From Fimbriosthenelais zetlandica (Eukaryota): DNA of 64,000 bases. The stretch covers positions 53,072,001 through 53,136,000 of the forward strand of contig OZ365109.1 in the NCBI GenBank assembly GCA_977030845.1, given 5' to 3'. The notes beneath the pieces are model-generated. The model was not told where the DNA came from and made no database searches. It saw only the letters and a program-made list of their open reading frames with translations. Shown one piece after another: positions 11,501 to 23,917 of the stretch. Each line of letters opens with the position of its first letter. The stretch's first letter is position 1. Both the position numbers and the translations under genes were made by a program.

Positions 11501-14500
11501 GCACCCTTCCATCTGCATATAGGGTGGCTTTTGTCATCAATGTCACTTCGTAATTGCCATCGGCACTGCAATGGGTACAAATCAGACACGCAGGTATAGG
11601 GTGAGTGACAACAACTAATATAGTGTTGTAGAACATCATCAATCTAATAAGCAAATGCTGTGGATAGAAAAAGTTGTAGTGAAAGCCATCACCGGAAGTG
11701 AAAACAAAATTAAGGTGGAGTGAATGAATTGCCACCATTGGGATGATCATGCGAAACAAATAGGAACAATAGGCAACCTGTTTACATATATACAGAGATG
11801 AAAGTCATTTAAAGCAGAAAGTACCACTAAACAATTTTGGGCTAATATTTGATCAAATGTCTAATGTTTGATTTGATTTTCTTATTTCCTTTTCTGCTTT
11901 AAATTTACTTCCCATATCAACATGCAGAAGTATATCAGCAAGCAATGCAGATGTTAATCTTTATTTGCTATTTTACATATTTGTATGTATAATATTAATT
12001 TAAATTCATAAAGATGGCCAGTGTTCATTGCCATTTAGAGGAAAAATAATATCTGACGTTGTCCTATTCAAGGATCCCAATTAAGAACGGATCGCCCTTT
12101 TACAGCACAGACGAGTCCTATCTATCTGTCTATAGAGATATATCGTAATTGGATCTCTTCTAATGTATATTTCCCCTTCTATACATATACGGCTATAGGG
12201 AATGGTAAAAGATGCAAGTAACAAACATAGAGTTGTTTCCAAGCCTTTAAAGCGAATATGCTACATCGGGGAAGCATTTTAGCGCATGCGTGTCTATAGT
12301 GGTGTAATCTCAGCGTCCCGTGCCAATAAGATTTTATGTGCGCATGCGCTGCGGCGTCCTTGTGACGTTAATTAACGACCTAATGGGTCTATTGGTGTAT
12401 GAGGTACACGTAAAGACACAATTGTCATATTTTCTGCCTCAGAGAGCAACACGGTAATACTTTTAAGCCATTTCCGAGTCACAAATGATGGCGAAGTGCA
12501 TGCTGACGCGACTGATTACTGTAATCGGATGGATATAAAAAGCCTGCTGCGACAGATTGAGACGGATACCAACGGTGGCTCCATCCCACCGTGTGACAAC
12601 ATAGAAACAGAAACAGACAATCGGAAAAGAACAACTAATATAAAAGGAAGAAATATCACCATTCATGCAGGATTGTTTTGAACTAAAAATCTGAAGGAGC
12701 TGGAGGCAACTAATCATGATCAAACACAATACAAGACCACCTGTTGGAATAAAGGGAAACTAATTAAGTGCTGGAGCAGATGCAGGAAGGCAGCTGTCGT
12801 TTTCGGGGGAAGTAGTGGGGTAGGGTGCGGGGAGGTGAAACAAAAGTGGGGGATATTAAACACAGATGAGGCATTGAAGTGAAGATTGGCGGAAACACAG
12901 GGCTCCGTAGTTTGTCTTCCTGGTGTCTGTGGTTGTATATTTCACACTGCCTCAAGGCAGGAATATAAGATTTGCTGATTGATTGAAATCAACAATAGGA
13001 GAAGCTATGAGCTGTGGATAGGATTGGCGTTTAACCTTTGGTATTCCACCAGCTTTTCCTTCAGTAGTCGAGGGATTACATTCACCTAACTCCATTCTGC
13101 TCAATCTTGTTTCCTTTAGTAATTTCAATATCTTTCATCGCATTATCACACACAATCAAGGCCGATTAAGTTTTCCCCTGAAATATAAGTTCTCCCCTGT
13201 CTTAAGTATAAAATGCAGAACAAATATTATCATTGACGTTGCCGGTTGCCTTATTGGCTTCCAGACTGTCTGAAAGGAATGAGAACTTGCATTATTATTA
13301 TGTCAGTACTTTTTTCCTGACGTCCTAAAGCTGATCTGCTGTAAGAGATAGTTTTGCAAGTTAAACCATTCATCGAGGATATATCTCCTACAGATCAGAA
13401 AAAAAAATACATGTATCCCTAAGGGATGTTATCTACGAAATATTGTTTTCAGAATTTAGTGCTTTCATCAAGTAAATTCAAGAAATACAATGTATAATAT
13501 GTACTGAGATTAATTTGAAGGCATTCAGAAAAGCATTCACTTTGAAGAGTGCATAACGTAGTGTTAAAATAAAAAAATTTGAGGTATCAAATTCAAGGTA
13601 CATAGCAATTTCCGTTCGAAATGAAAAATTGAATCTAGATCCATTCCACTGTACATAGAATTGCACCATAGATGATTTGAAAAAATCCTGATATTAATTG
13701 CCAACAAGTGATAAAAATATTTTATATCCCAAGTTCTTGACTACGAATGTCTTGTTGAAAAAGACAATTTTGTCGAGTCCCAATTGATGCAGTGAAACCT
13801 TTCAGACAAGGGCATCCCTATAATCTCTTTGATCGCGTCTGAGACTACTATCTTTCCAAATCTTTGTATTGAAGAAATTTCAATTTGTTTTGACACCGAT
13901 CCAGATTACATTCACTAATGTTATCAAGTGGCAAGTCTGGCAGGGGCCAGAGATTGAAGACACATGAAGCGTCTTTGAAAGTGCCTTAAATCAGGCCTAA
14001 CTTGGGTCGACAATAGTGCTTCTGCACAGAAACTGATCACAATGACTTCTATGGCCCTTCAGTGGGCAAAGGGTTACTACGTTATGATAGCTCAAGTGTT
14101 TTATCTAGAGATAATAACCCCAAAACATTTAAACCTTTGTTAAATTGAATATTGATCTGTTTTCACGTGGTAATTACCAAATTAAATGCTCACTGACAAG
14201 CAATGAAATGGATGCTCTTTGAATTCTTGCTCTGAAGAAATGGAATGGCGGCCTGCCTCATAGCTTTGTTCTGTTCTGGCCAGAAACTCAGGCCTTTCTC
14301 TGGGCAGATAATACTTACTTATTGTAGAGTACGATATCTGGGAGCCAGATTTCCTCGGACGGCACATATAATCTATCTACACCCCCGTACTGACCAGGTT
14401 CCCACTTTAGTTTGTAGTCGTCCCATTCCTGAAAGGTGAGAGTAGAATTAGAATCATCAGTGTGAAAGAGGAAATGACAACTAAGTTGAAAAATAAACAC

Positions 14501-17500
14501 GTTAACTAAAGCACTAGTCCAAATTTTGGCTATAGTGCAACGAAAACGAAAAATGCTATCGATTCTATGGTCTGATCTTCTCAAAATGCAGCAATGGCTC
14601 TTTTACATGCCTCGCATAATGATACAGACATTACTAGCCAGTAAGCGGCACTGGGAAGATGACAATGGCATAACTCGGAGAATTGTGGATTGCTCAACGG
14701 ACCTCCAAATTCACGCTGAGCCACCAGCTTAAAAATTCAGTCTGATTAAACTAGATCCTTCCGATTGCAGCAGGTCGCATGTGGTGGTTCTGATCCAATC
14801 AGCTTGTTGCCCTGCTTGCTAGAGTTAATAGGGAGACTGAATGTTAATATATAGGCCAGAGGTTCATAAGACAGGGTCGTTCTAACTGACCCTAGCCTCA
14901 AGACTAGCTTCACTATACGTGTACCCAAGCTACAATGCGTGAGACGACCAGATAAGCGACATGTAATCGCACAGGTTGACCGTGTCCCGATCCGCTTATG
15001 GAAAATAGGAGGCTGGATGAGAGTGATCCTCTATTGGTTTTTGAGCGTCCCTGTTTTTCTGAAATCCCCGGCCAGTTTAGTTACATTGCAAATCGATTGG
15101 GGAAGCACCACAGTGTAGGAAAGCCCTTTTGTGCCTTTTTAAAATCTTGAAAAAGCTGTAAGGACTCTGGCAGATGTCCTCTTGGTATGCCAAGTTAATC
15201 TCTTGCTCTCTATAAAAATACAATTAAGATGAAACTAAACGAGTTTTGCATCGGCATGAGCAGACACATTGCCTTGCAATTTTTTGTTGCAAGCGGCAGA
15301 CCGTAGCGTAGCCATGTGAGCACTGAATCATGGTCATTAATAACATGGTCCTTTATTCATTGACAATAGTTTTAGTTAACGTTAATTTATAAAGCTAGAT
15401 TTCAGCGTAGAGTCTACATGTTGTGTCATCCATGGTGCATCCTCCTTCACTATGACTAACCCTGATGAAACACATAATGCCACTAATAGGACTTTATCAT
15501 CACATCATTCCCCAACATGAATATTCAATTTGAAAGCAGCCCCTTAAGCCTCTTCGTGAGACTAATAGCTGGGGTAATCTATTCCGATTTCGCCTCGACC
15601 AGGATGTCCACACTGGTCGATAGTAACTAAAACACCCGACTATACATAAACATAGAGCGAATGGAAGCTACCTAATCTTAGCTTTACCCCCGATACTTCA
15701 AAATCTACCTATAGCAAACCAGACATCTAAGAAGAGATAATAGAAAGCTTAAAGTGTATATACCAAGTTCCGATTAAAAGTAATGAAGTCTACTTTGAAA
15801 TAAGTAAGAACCGATAGGAAGTAGATTTATCGAGTCTTTGTAAAAACGGATATCCAGTCACTTTATCAGTGGGAATCTTTGAGGTGGACGGAATACAAGT
15901 AAACTTTGAGTTACCAACTTGTGTCAATAGACTTGGAGATTGGTTTTCTTTTATCTTCTAGGTGCCATTTGTACCTGTTTAGAAAACAGGAGATAATGGA
16001 AAAAGCCATTCCATTGCAATAGCAATAGCACACAGCCAGAAACCAACTTTCTGTCTGGATGCATACTAAATCCATTCAACAGCCACTAAAGATAAAAATG
16101 CACTTCAACGTGGTATAGTCTACAAATCATATTCATTGCAGTGTCTGCAATTATCCCACAGGCTTAATCAGGCAACAGTTGGAGTGACAATGGGAAAGGT
16201 ATTAAAAGTGAAGACATGTTTTTCCATGCATGAGTAGAATTAGGCAAAGCTTTCATGAGTATGAGGCAGCTGATGTTGACGAAGAGGACAATTATTTTTC
16301 TCAGAGGAGGCCTCTAAGTTGAGATTAGCCGTGGTTTTAGGTTTTGTTCCGTTGACATGGTTTTAATGATGTATTGACCTGAGCCTTTCATACACACGGC
16401 GATTTGTTTACTCTCATCGGGGCTTGGTGTGAGGCTAGCCAGAACAGGGTCTGGACGGCTGAATCTTTATTACAAAGCTAATCAGTGGACATGATGTGTT
16501 GGCTGAATGCTAATTTAACCTGCCAATTCTGTCATGTTTCATGGGCGTCTGAGGATAAATATTGGGCTTCTAATTGGCACAATTACTATGGAGGGTCACG
16601 TTTTCGCTAGTCAGGGTTCCATCAAAAGCAGTTTTAGTAGCTATTGAAAAGAGGGAATCTTCCTCCAAGATACAGGCCTCATCTGGTGAGCAAGAGACAG
16701 TGCCCAAGAGCTCTAAGCTTAGCTGACTGTATAGACTTCAGCGGCAAAAGCCATCTTCCATTGCCATCAGCGGCACTGGGGGCGATTTTATGGGCCAGAC
16801 CAACATAACCTCCTAGCTGTCCTGTTTAGATAAAACATAGCAGAAAGCTGGAATGGTCATCCAGGGTGGCAGGCGGAGGCTGACACCGGATGCTCCTAGT
16901 TGATCCAATCCACCATCCAAGCCAGCGGTCCCCCCTCTTTTATTGTCCCACAGCTAGCTGCTACCAATATGATTTGTGAGAGTGAGCCCATTGCAGACAA
17001 CCCCAGATTTGAGCTACTGTGACTCAGGCTTGGAGATGCCCCCTCCATGGCGAGACTGGTTGGCTTGAGATGTGACAATGTCCAACAGGGCCACATTTCC
17101 CATCATTTGAACTCGGGGGCCCCCACCGACCACAGAACACAATTGAGGATAAAATCCCCCTGTGCCCCCTGTGCCCAGTGCGCTTTCCTGGCCAATAATG
17201 TGGCTCTGTTGTCTTTGAGTAGGGGACTTCTGAACCGGAAGTGTGCACAGCTATTCAGCACTGAAGGTATCAGAAAGCACTGATTGGCCCCCGTGGGGCT
17301 GCAGTCCCCAAGGTTGTGACCAAACCCTCCCCGATCAGAAGGAAATTCTGCTCCAGCATTGATAACAACCATGGCGTTATTTTTCCAAACACTTTTTACT
17401 GTATAAAGAACTATAATGTAAATCCCAATCCAATTTAGAACATCATTCTGCACTTGGAGCAGAAAGTACAATTGGCTCTATAGGAGAACTGAATGGTTTA

Positions 17501-20500
17501 GGAAAAGTAAATTGCTAATAATTATTCACAGAGTGAGTACTCTACGCCAGGTCCCCATATAGGCGATTATATGAGGATATGGGGCCTGGCATAAATCCCT
17601 TGCGTTATTTCAAAGGTCAATCTCCGACTGGCACTAAATTAACCATTTTTCAGGAATGTGTTGCATGTTTTATGCCGAAAATCCCCTCCATCCATGTGAT
17701 GGGGAGTCTTGGATTTTAGTTAGTTTTTATTGACACCTTCCTAAGCATATTAACAAATGGGAATCGCCATGACCCCATTCTGCCACGCACGGCCATTTCA
17801 CTCCTATTCGAATGGGCCATAGCATTGTAAAAGCTGTACAAAGTTTGCCTGAACAGCTCACATATATAGTACATTACCATCACCAATCTCCACAGATGCT
17901 AGGATGCAATCAAAATAAATCGGCTTAAGAGCTTGGAGGAGACCATGTATTTACTCACAGAGGCCTACGTGTCGCCAGAGCTTTTCTCTCCTCTCCCTTC
18001 AAGCTTCTACCTTCTATTTATATATATACTCATGTCTTAGTCCCTTTAATCAGACATTTTCCCTAGCCTATAGGACGACTGAAAAAATCCCGCATCTGAC
18101 CATCAAGAGTCGACCATCGTTGTTCAGCGATTCAACAGCAATAGGGCGGTACTATGAATGATGGATCCTTCCCTGCTCTCCGTCTTTGTCCCTTCTTTGC
18201 TCTTTTATCTCTTTATATTTTTGGAGAGATCAAAGAGCTATCGCCCAGTGTGGAATATTAACAAAAGCCTCGTGTGGGCTCCGGGTTTTTATTATGCAAT
18301 ACACTTGTCATAAGAGGGCTGAGTTTTCACAGAGGCTCACAGAGGAAGTTGTAAATCACAAATAAAGTCAGGAAATCTGTGTTCTTATCGGAAATAATGT
18401 TACTACTGGTGGTTGTCTGCAGGCAAGAGACATCTTCCTTCTCAACAAAATGAGATGAAATGTCTTCATCGTAATTGTTATTGCTCCGGGCAAGACATAC
18501 AGGATAATTATGAAGCTTGTGGATTAAGTCAAAATATCCTGCAGACGAGCAATTCTATAAAAAGCATTAACTGTGATTCATAAAGTGCGTTAATTGTTGG
18601 CACCTGCCTTTAATTGCAGATGAATGGAAGAAATACTTGGTAAGAATCTCTTTATTTTTCTTTGTAGCCTACTTGGTAGTTTCCACTGCTTTCTTTAATG
18701 GCAAAATGTGATGTTTAAATGAGGAAATAATTTCTATCATTTTCATCTGCCATTTCTTTTATTCATCATATTTTCGACAGGATGGGGGCGTATTCTTCTT
18801 TGGAGCAACATCTTTTTTCTCGGTCTCCTTTGCTCACGAATTTGCTGTTCCTAGTTCGCATACAATTTCTTTCGAATATCATTTGATTATAGGCATATTC
18901 CTTATATATGGCAACTTCTATTGTATACAACATTCTGATCTCTGATACCATACAGTCCATTGAAGCTCCCGATCTGCCAAAATTTGTACTTCCTGAATGC
19001 ACCCACTAATTCCTTTCACATCTTCAATATTTCAATTGATTTGGAATGCAAGTTCAAAGCCCTTTCACTTGTCCCACCCACGTCTTCCAGCATTGGAATT
19101 TAAGTTCAAAGCCCTTTCTCTTGTCCCACCCATTTCTTCCTGCATAATTTTCCACGTGACCTACTCTGCAGGGCTGCCATGCTGTTCCCTTCACTCCACG
19201 CCCCCGATAGCTTCTACCCTCCCAGCCTCATCATCACTCCTCTGCTCCACAAGTCCCCTGGGTTTGTTTTGAAAATGAGCTTTCCATGAATTGTTTACAC
19301 TAACCATCGCCTAGGTCAATATTCAGTTAGCCAACGATTGATCTTCATCGCTTGACAAGGAAGACAGGAACAAAGGAGCCCCTCATGTCCTGATCAAGAA
19401 ATACATGGCTCTAAAAAAGGCCCCAGATATCAGCTGCTCCATCAATATTGAGAGATAAGACTGATAGGGTTGAGCAGTCTCGGACTTGGAGGGTTAAGGC
19501 ACGTTAGGTAGCTCTTTTAGTTGCTTGACAGCTCGCTTTAATTAAGGACCATCATGGGGACCTGTCCTGGCATGGACAGAATACCTAATCAGCTGCTGCA
19601 AAGTCGCAGGTTTACAGTAAAAGAAGTCGCAGTGGTGGACAGGACGATAAACTTTGTATTGTTTGGATATTTGTTTTATCTCTATTGTTTTCAGGGAAGG
19701 CTAATAATTCAGGATTTGTATTGGGGTGAGATAGCTGGTATTTGGTAGAGATCGGTAGGTCATGGTCAGAAGCACGGTAGTCAATTATGGATAATTGGTG
19801 TCAGGACTTAGATCAATACTCTGAAGTATTGACGTCATGTGACATAAATATGATGTCATGAATGGTCAAGATACTGTAGTTGAGCATTGTTTCAGGACAC
19901 TGAATTGTCTACATCGTTTGGAACTTTGGAACTGGATCGTTTGGTAGACCATTTTGACATCCTGAATGGTCAGAAGTGTTTGCCCTGTATCTGGTTACTG
20001 CACTTAGGCATCGGACATAAAAGGCATCGGGCAGAAAGGTTTTATTCCTTCATGTTTAATTCTGTTATTCAGACATTACATCACATGATACACTAGTTCT
20101 CATGTCCGCGTTATTATTGAAATAATGCTACCATTTTACGAATGTGGATTATTTATATAGAATGCTTAAAGCTGAAACCTGGGGAGGCAATGTAGAGGAG
20201 CTGGTTCTCTCCATATCACTATTTCCCACAGCATGTTCATTAGCTCATTTCAAGCTGTAATCATCAGATTGTATCATTCCCAGCGTCACACACTGCAACA
20301 ATCCCTGCACCACAAATGCTTAATCCACAGACTGAATTGCACCTTGGAATTGCTCTGATTCTTCAAAGTTAACAAAAATCCCACGACTAAGTGCTTGCTG
20401 CCTTTGATTTGCCAACATGGCACCCATTCTCGTTACCCGGGCCTAAGTCATGGATTACTCGCGTCATGCTCTTGGCCGCTTTTAAAAATATCCATTGATT

Positions 20501-23500
20501 CTTGAAAAATAAAAGTCGCCCGGCTTGGATGTCTTAAATAATGGTATTGATGAAAGGGTTGGCTGCAGAAGGTGTGAAATATATGTTCACGGTGGGTAAC
20601 TGAGAAGGATTAGAGGACATAAAGTGGGGGAAGGCCTGGCCCTATGGTACCGGGAGTGGCATGGAATCCCAGCAAAGGAGAAGCAAGTTGGGAGGAAAAG
20701 CACATGCAAGAAAAAAGGGATCAATCAGAGCATTTGGCACCATTGGTGGAGGGAGGCCCCAGCTTCCAGTGGATCGTAATTGGCCTGACTGCTGTATCTG
20801 CATGGTTTCCTCCTGTAAGCGACATCAGCGATTTATACAGGCATATGTGTGACAGGCAAGATGGTGCCATGTGGTGGCAGTATTCACATTGCTGGAAGAC
20901 AAAGCTTCGGCCTATAAACTCAGTCACTTTGCAATCCAACAGATGCAACCGTACTCTCTATCCCTATCATATTACTTCGAGGCCAGAGGTTCAACTGGGG
21001 TGCCAAGCAATGATTCAATCAAGCATGCTGCAAGGCTGCAAAACAGACAAGTGTCTGTCAGGCAGTTAATCTCTAGAACCACCAGCAAGCAAGCCAAGAA
21101 AAAAACTCTCCATGAATAGCAGAAAACACACAAATTTAGAACAAAACACACCCCTTGATTGCCATGGTAAAAGCCATTGCTTGTGGAACATGAAGAAAAT
21201 ACATCAAAGGAACGTCAAACTAAATTTGTTTTCCTGCCAAATGGACACACCACATTTTGAAATTAATCCCATAGTGGAAAATAATTATAAGATTACCTGG
21301 GTTAGCCAGACGTTTGTCGTCATGATTTGATTCTTTTCATCCTGCAAAGAGAAAAAATTACAATTTGTGATTAAATCAAATGGAGAACTGGAAAACGTTT
21401 TAATTCAAACATAAACTGGATTGTCATGATAACACTGTATTCCAATCCCTTATCAGCTATTATGTTGCTTGATTGTGTTTGACCAGATGGTTGCCAAGAT
21501 CTGATATTCTGATCATTGTTTGTTTCTGTTTTGTTTGCAATGTGTCATGAACATCAATTTGAATTAGGTGAGAGACAAAAATCTGACAATTGCTACAAAG
21601 TGCTATACACCATACAAAGCGTATACAAAGCGTACTATGACAGCCAGTTAACATTGTCTTTGATATTCATAATTCTCATAATTGAAAAGTATTGTTTTGA
21701 TACTGTTAAGTTGGACAATTAATGCAAAACATGGGATCAAGGAACGTTACATCCTTGGAAATTGTGAATGCCCATGCAGTCAATAAGCTGTTGATGACAC
21801 AATCTTGCTGCATTTGCAAGAGGCAAAAACAATTCAGTTTTTCAGTCTATCATAGCTAGAAGAAATTATATGGGGATTGATGGCACCCCTGGGACCTATT
21901 TCTTTTAGTGCATGATAAATATACAAGCTGCTGTCTCAGCAAAAGAGAATAATATATTGGAGAAAATTATATTGAAATGAGATGGTGGACTGGGGCTCAG
22001 CCTTGACCCGGCAGGCAATCAGTGAACTGACTATGAGACTGACTACTTGTGGCATGTAAAATGCTTCTTTCATGCCCACCACATGCCCAACACAATCAGG
22101 AAATGTGATTTTACTCCTAGGAGTAATTGACATTGAACGTGAAATGAAACAAGCTCGGGACCATGCATGGGGTTTTGTTGTTCAAGTTTAAAATCATCTA
22201 GATTCATCAAACAAACGGATACATTGTGACAGATTAATGCTGCTAGCATGTCCACACAGTGTAATCACCAGCAAATGAAGCCTTTAGAGGCATCCCTCTA
22301 GGCCAGCAATAATGCAAAAGACATTGTGTTCCGGGACCGTAATCTTACTTCAAGTTACTGAAGCATATAAATCTTTAACTGATGAAGGTATACTCAATAC
22401 ACTCTCTCAGCTCTTAAGATAGAATTTGAAATGAAGCCACTTTATTTGCTTTTCAGTTTTAGTCCTTGCTTGCAGTAGATATCCATTCTTCCTCCCCATT
22501 CTGGACATAAGAGGGTGATCCAGTGGTCGCGAGCGCGAGGTTTTAAGACTGTGAATAGCCATTCATGGACCTCAGCAAGGTCCTTCAAGAATAATGGATC
22601 AGTTACTTTCCAAACTTTATCAAGCTCCGGTCATTGAAAATCTCTCACAAGGTTTAATGTTCCCTCATGCATTTTTGCAGGGAAATCTGTTGAGTCTTTG
22701 ACCTTCTGTTTTGCTCTGAGGAGAAGGAAAGAATAGTCACTGGATTGACTGTCATGATTGTCATGATGTTACCCATCCCGAGTCTATTCTCGCCTGGAGG
22801 ATGTCTCATTCATAATATACAGGTCAAGTCTTGCCGATGAGACTGCTCGACCATTCCTGAAGGTCTTGTTTGTCCTCCAGCATGCCTCATAGTCATATTG
22901 CCTAAGACATGTCCAGTCCTATTGATCGTGCATGGCCAATCGATCCCGGTCAAATACGCAGAAAGCATCGCCAGCCCAGAAACAGCATAGAGGTTAAGGT
23001 TGATTCGTGCACCAAGCAGTAGTGACTCTCACTCATAAGTCCTGGCTATGCATAGTTAATATGATGTCCGCACAGGTTGATTCTATTGATGGCTATATTA
23101 TGGAATGTTAAAAGATGCAGGATATGGCCTGACAGAGTAAATCTCTCTCCTAAATCGTCCAGACACCCGATACTGACCTACTTAAAACAGTATCTGACTT
23201 TTAATCCGTTAACAATTCCCAGCCTCGAGCATTGGACAAACAAGGCTGATTTTGTTCCTGTGTTTATTCTTGTCTCGATCCTGAGGGATTACACTGGGAG
23301 AATAAAATACTGAACAAATTCACAATGAAAGGAAGATCTCTAAGAGAGGACATGCAAGTTGTAACTCAGGATGGACGTTCATAGTACTCCCAGGACTCTG
23401 TTTCGAATCATCAATCACCATCCTGCAACTTAGAAATTCGCTTGGCACGATTCAGTCTGGGCGTGAGATGGAGCGAAAAATTATTGGGTTAAATTGTAAT

Positions 23501-23876
23501 GATTCCGCCTTCTGGAAAATGAATTAGAAAGTTCAGAATCCCAAAACTGGGTGCAGTTTGCTAGGTGGCTGCTTCCGTGCTTCCCCAGAGAAATCTTCTG
23601 CACCTAACTTTACCCTCCTCCCTCGCTGAATTATCTTCATTTGCACAAAAATCTAATTGTGGGCTCACTAAATCTTGACTTGCACCAAGCTCACTGGCAG
23701 GCATGGAGAATTATCAAGTTTGGCGAAGCCTTTAAGTTGGGTGGAAATCCAATTTATAATCATAGTGTTGACAGAGGTTCCTGCAACATAGCAATCAGAT
23801 CTCGGTGTAATTAATCCCATTTCCCCTTTATGGGGAAAATGGGGTTTTAGATTTTGTGCTCGTTGTTCTACACTAT

Positions 23877-23917
<41 letters not shown>

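Noticed and set aside
11566-11759. N-terminal 65 aa of the 437-aa ORF (MFRMIIPMV...) as part of the receptor
   Set aside because: It lies upstream of the ttgcag acceptor at 11566 and has no nAChR similarity. The true upstream sequence is supplied by exon 3.
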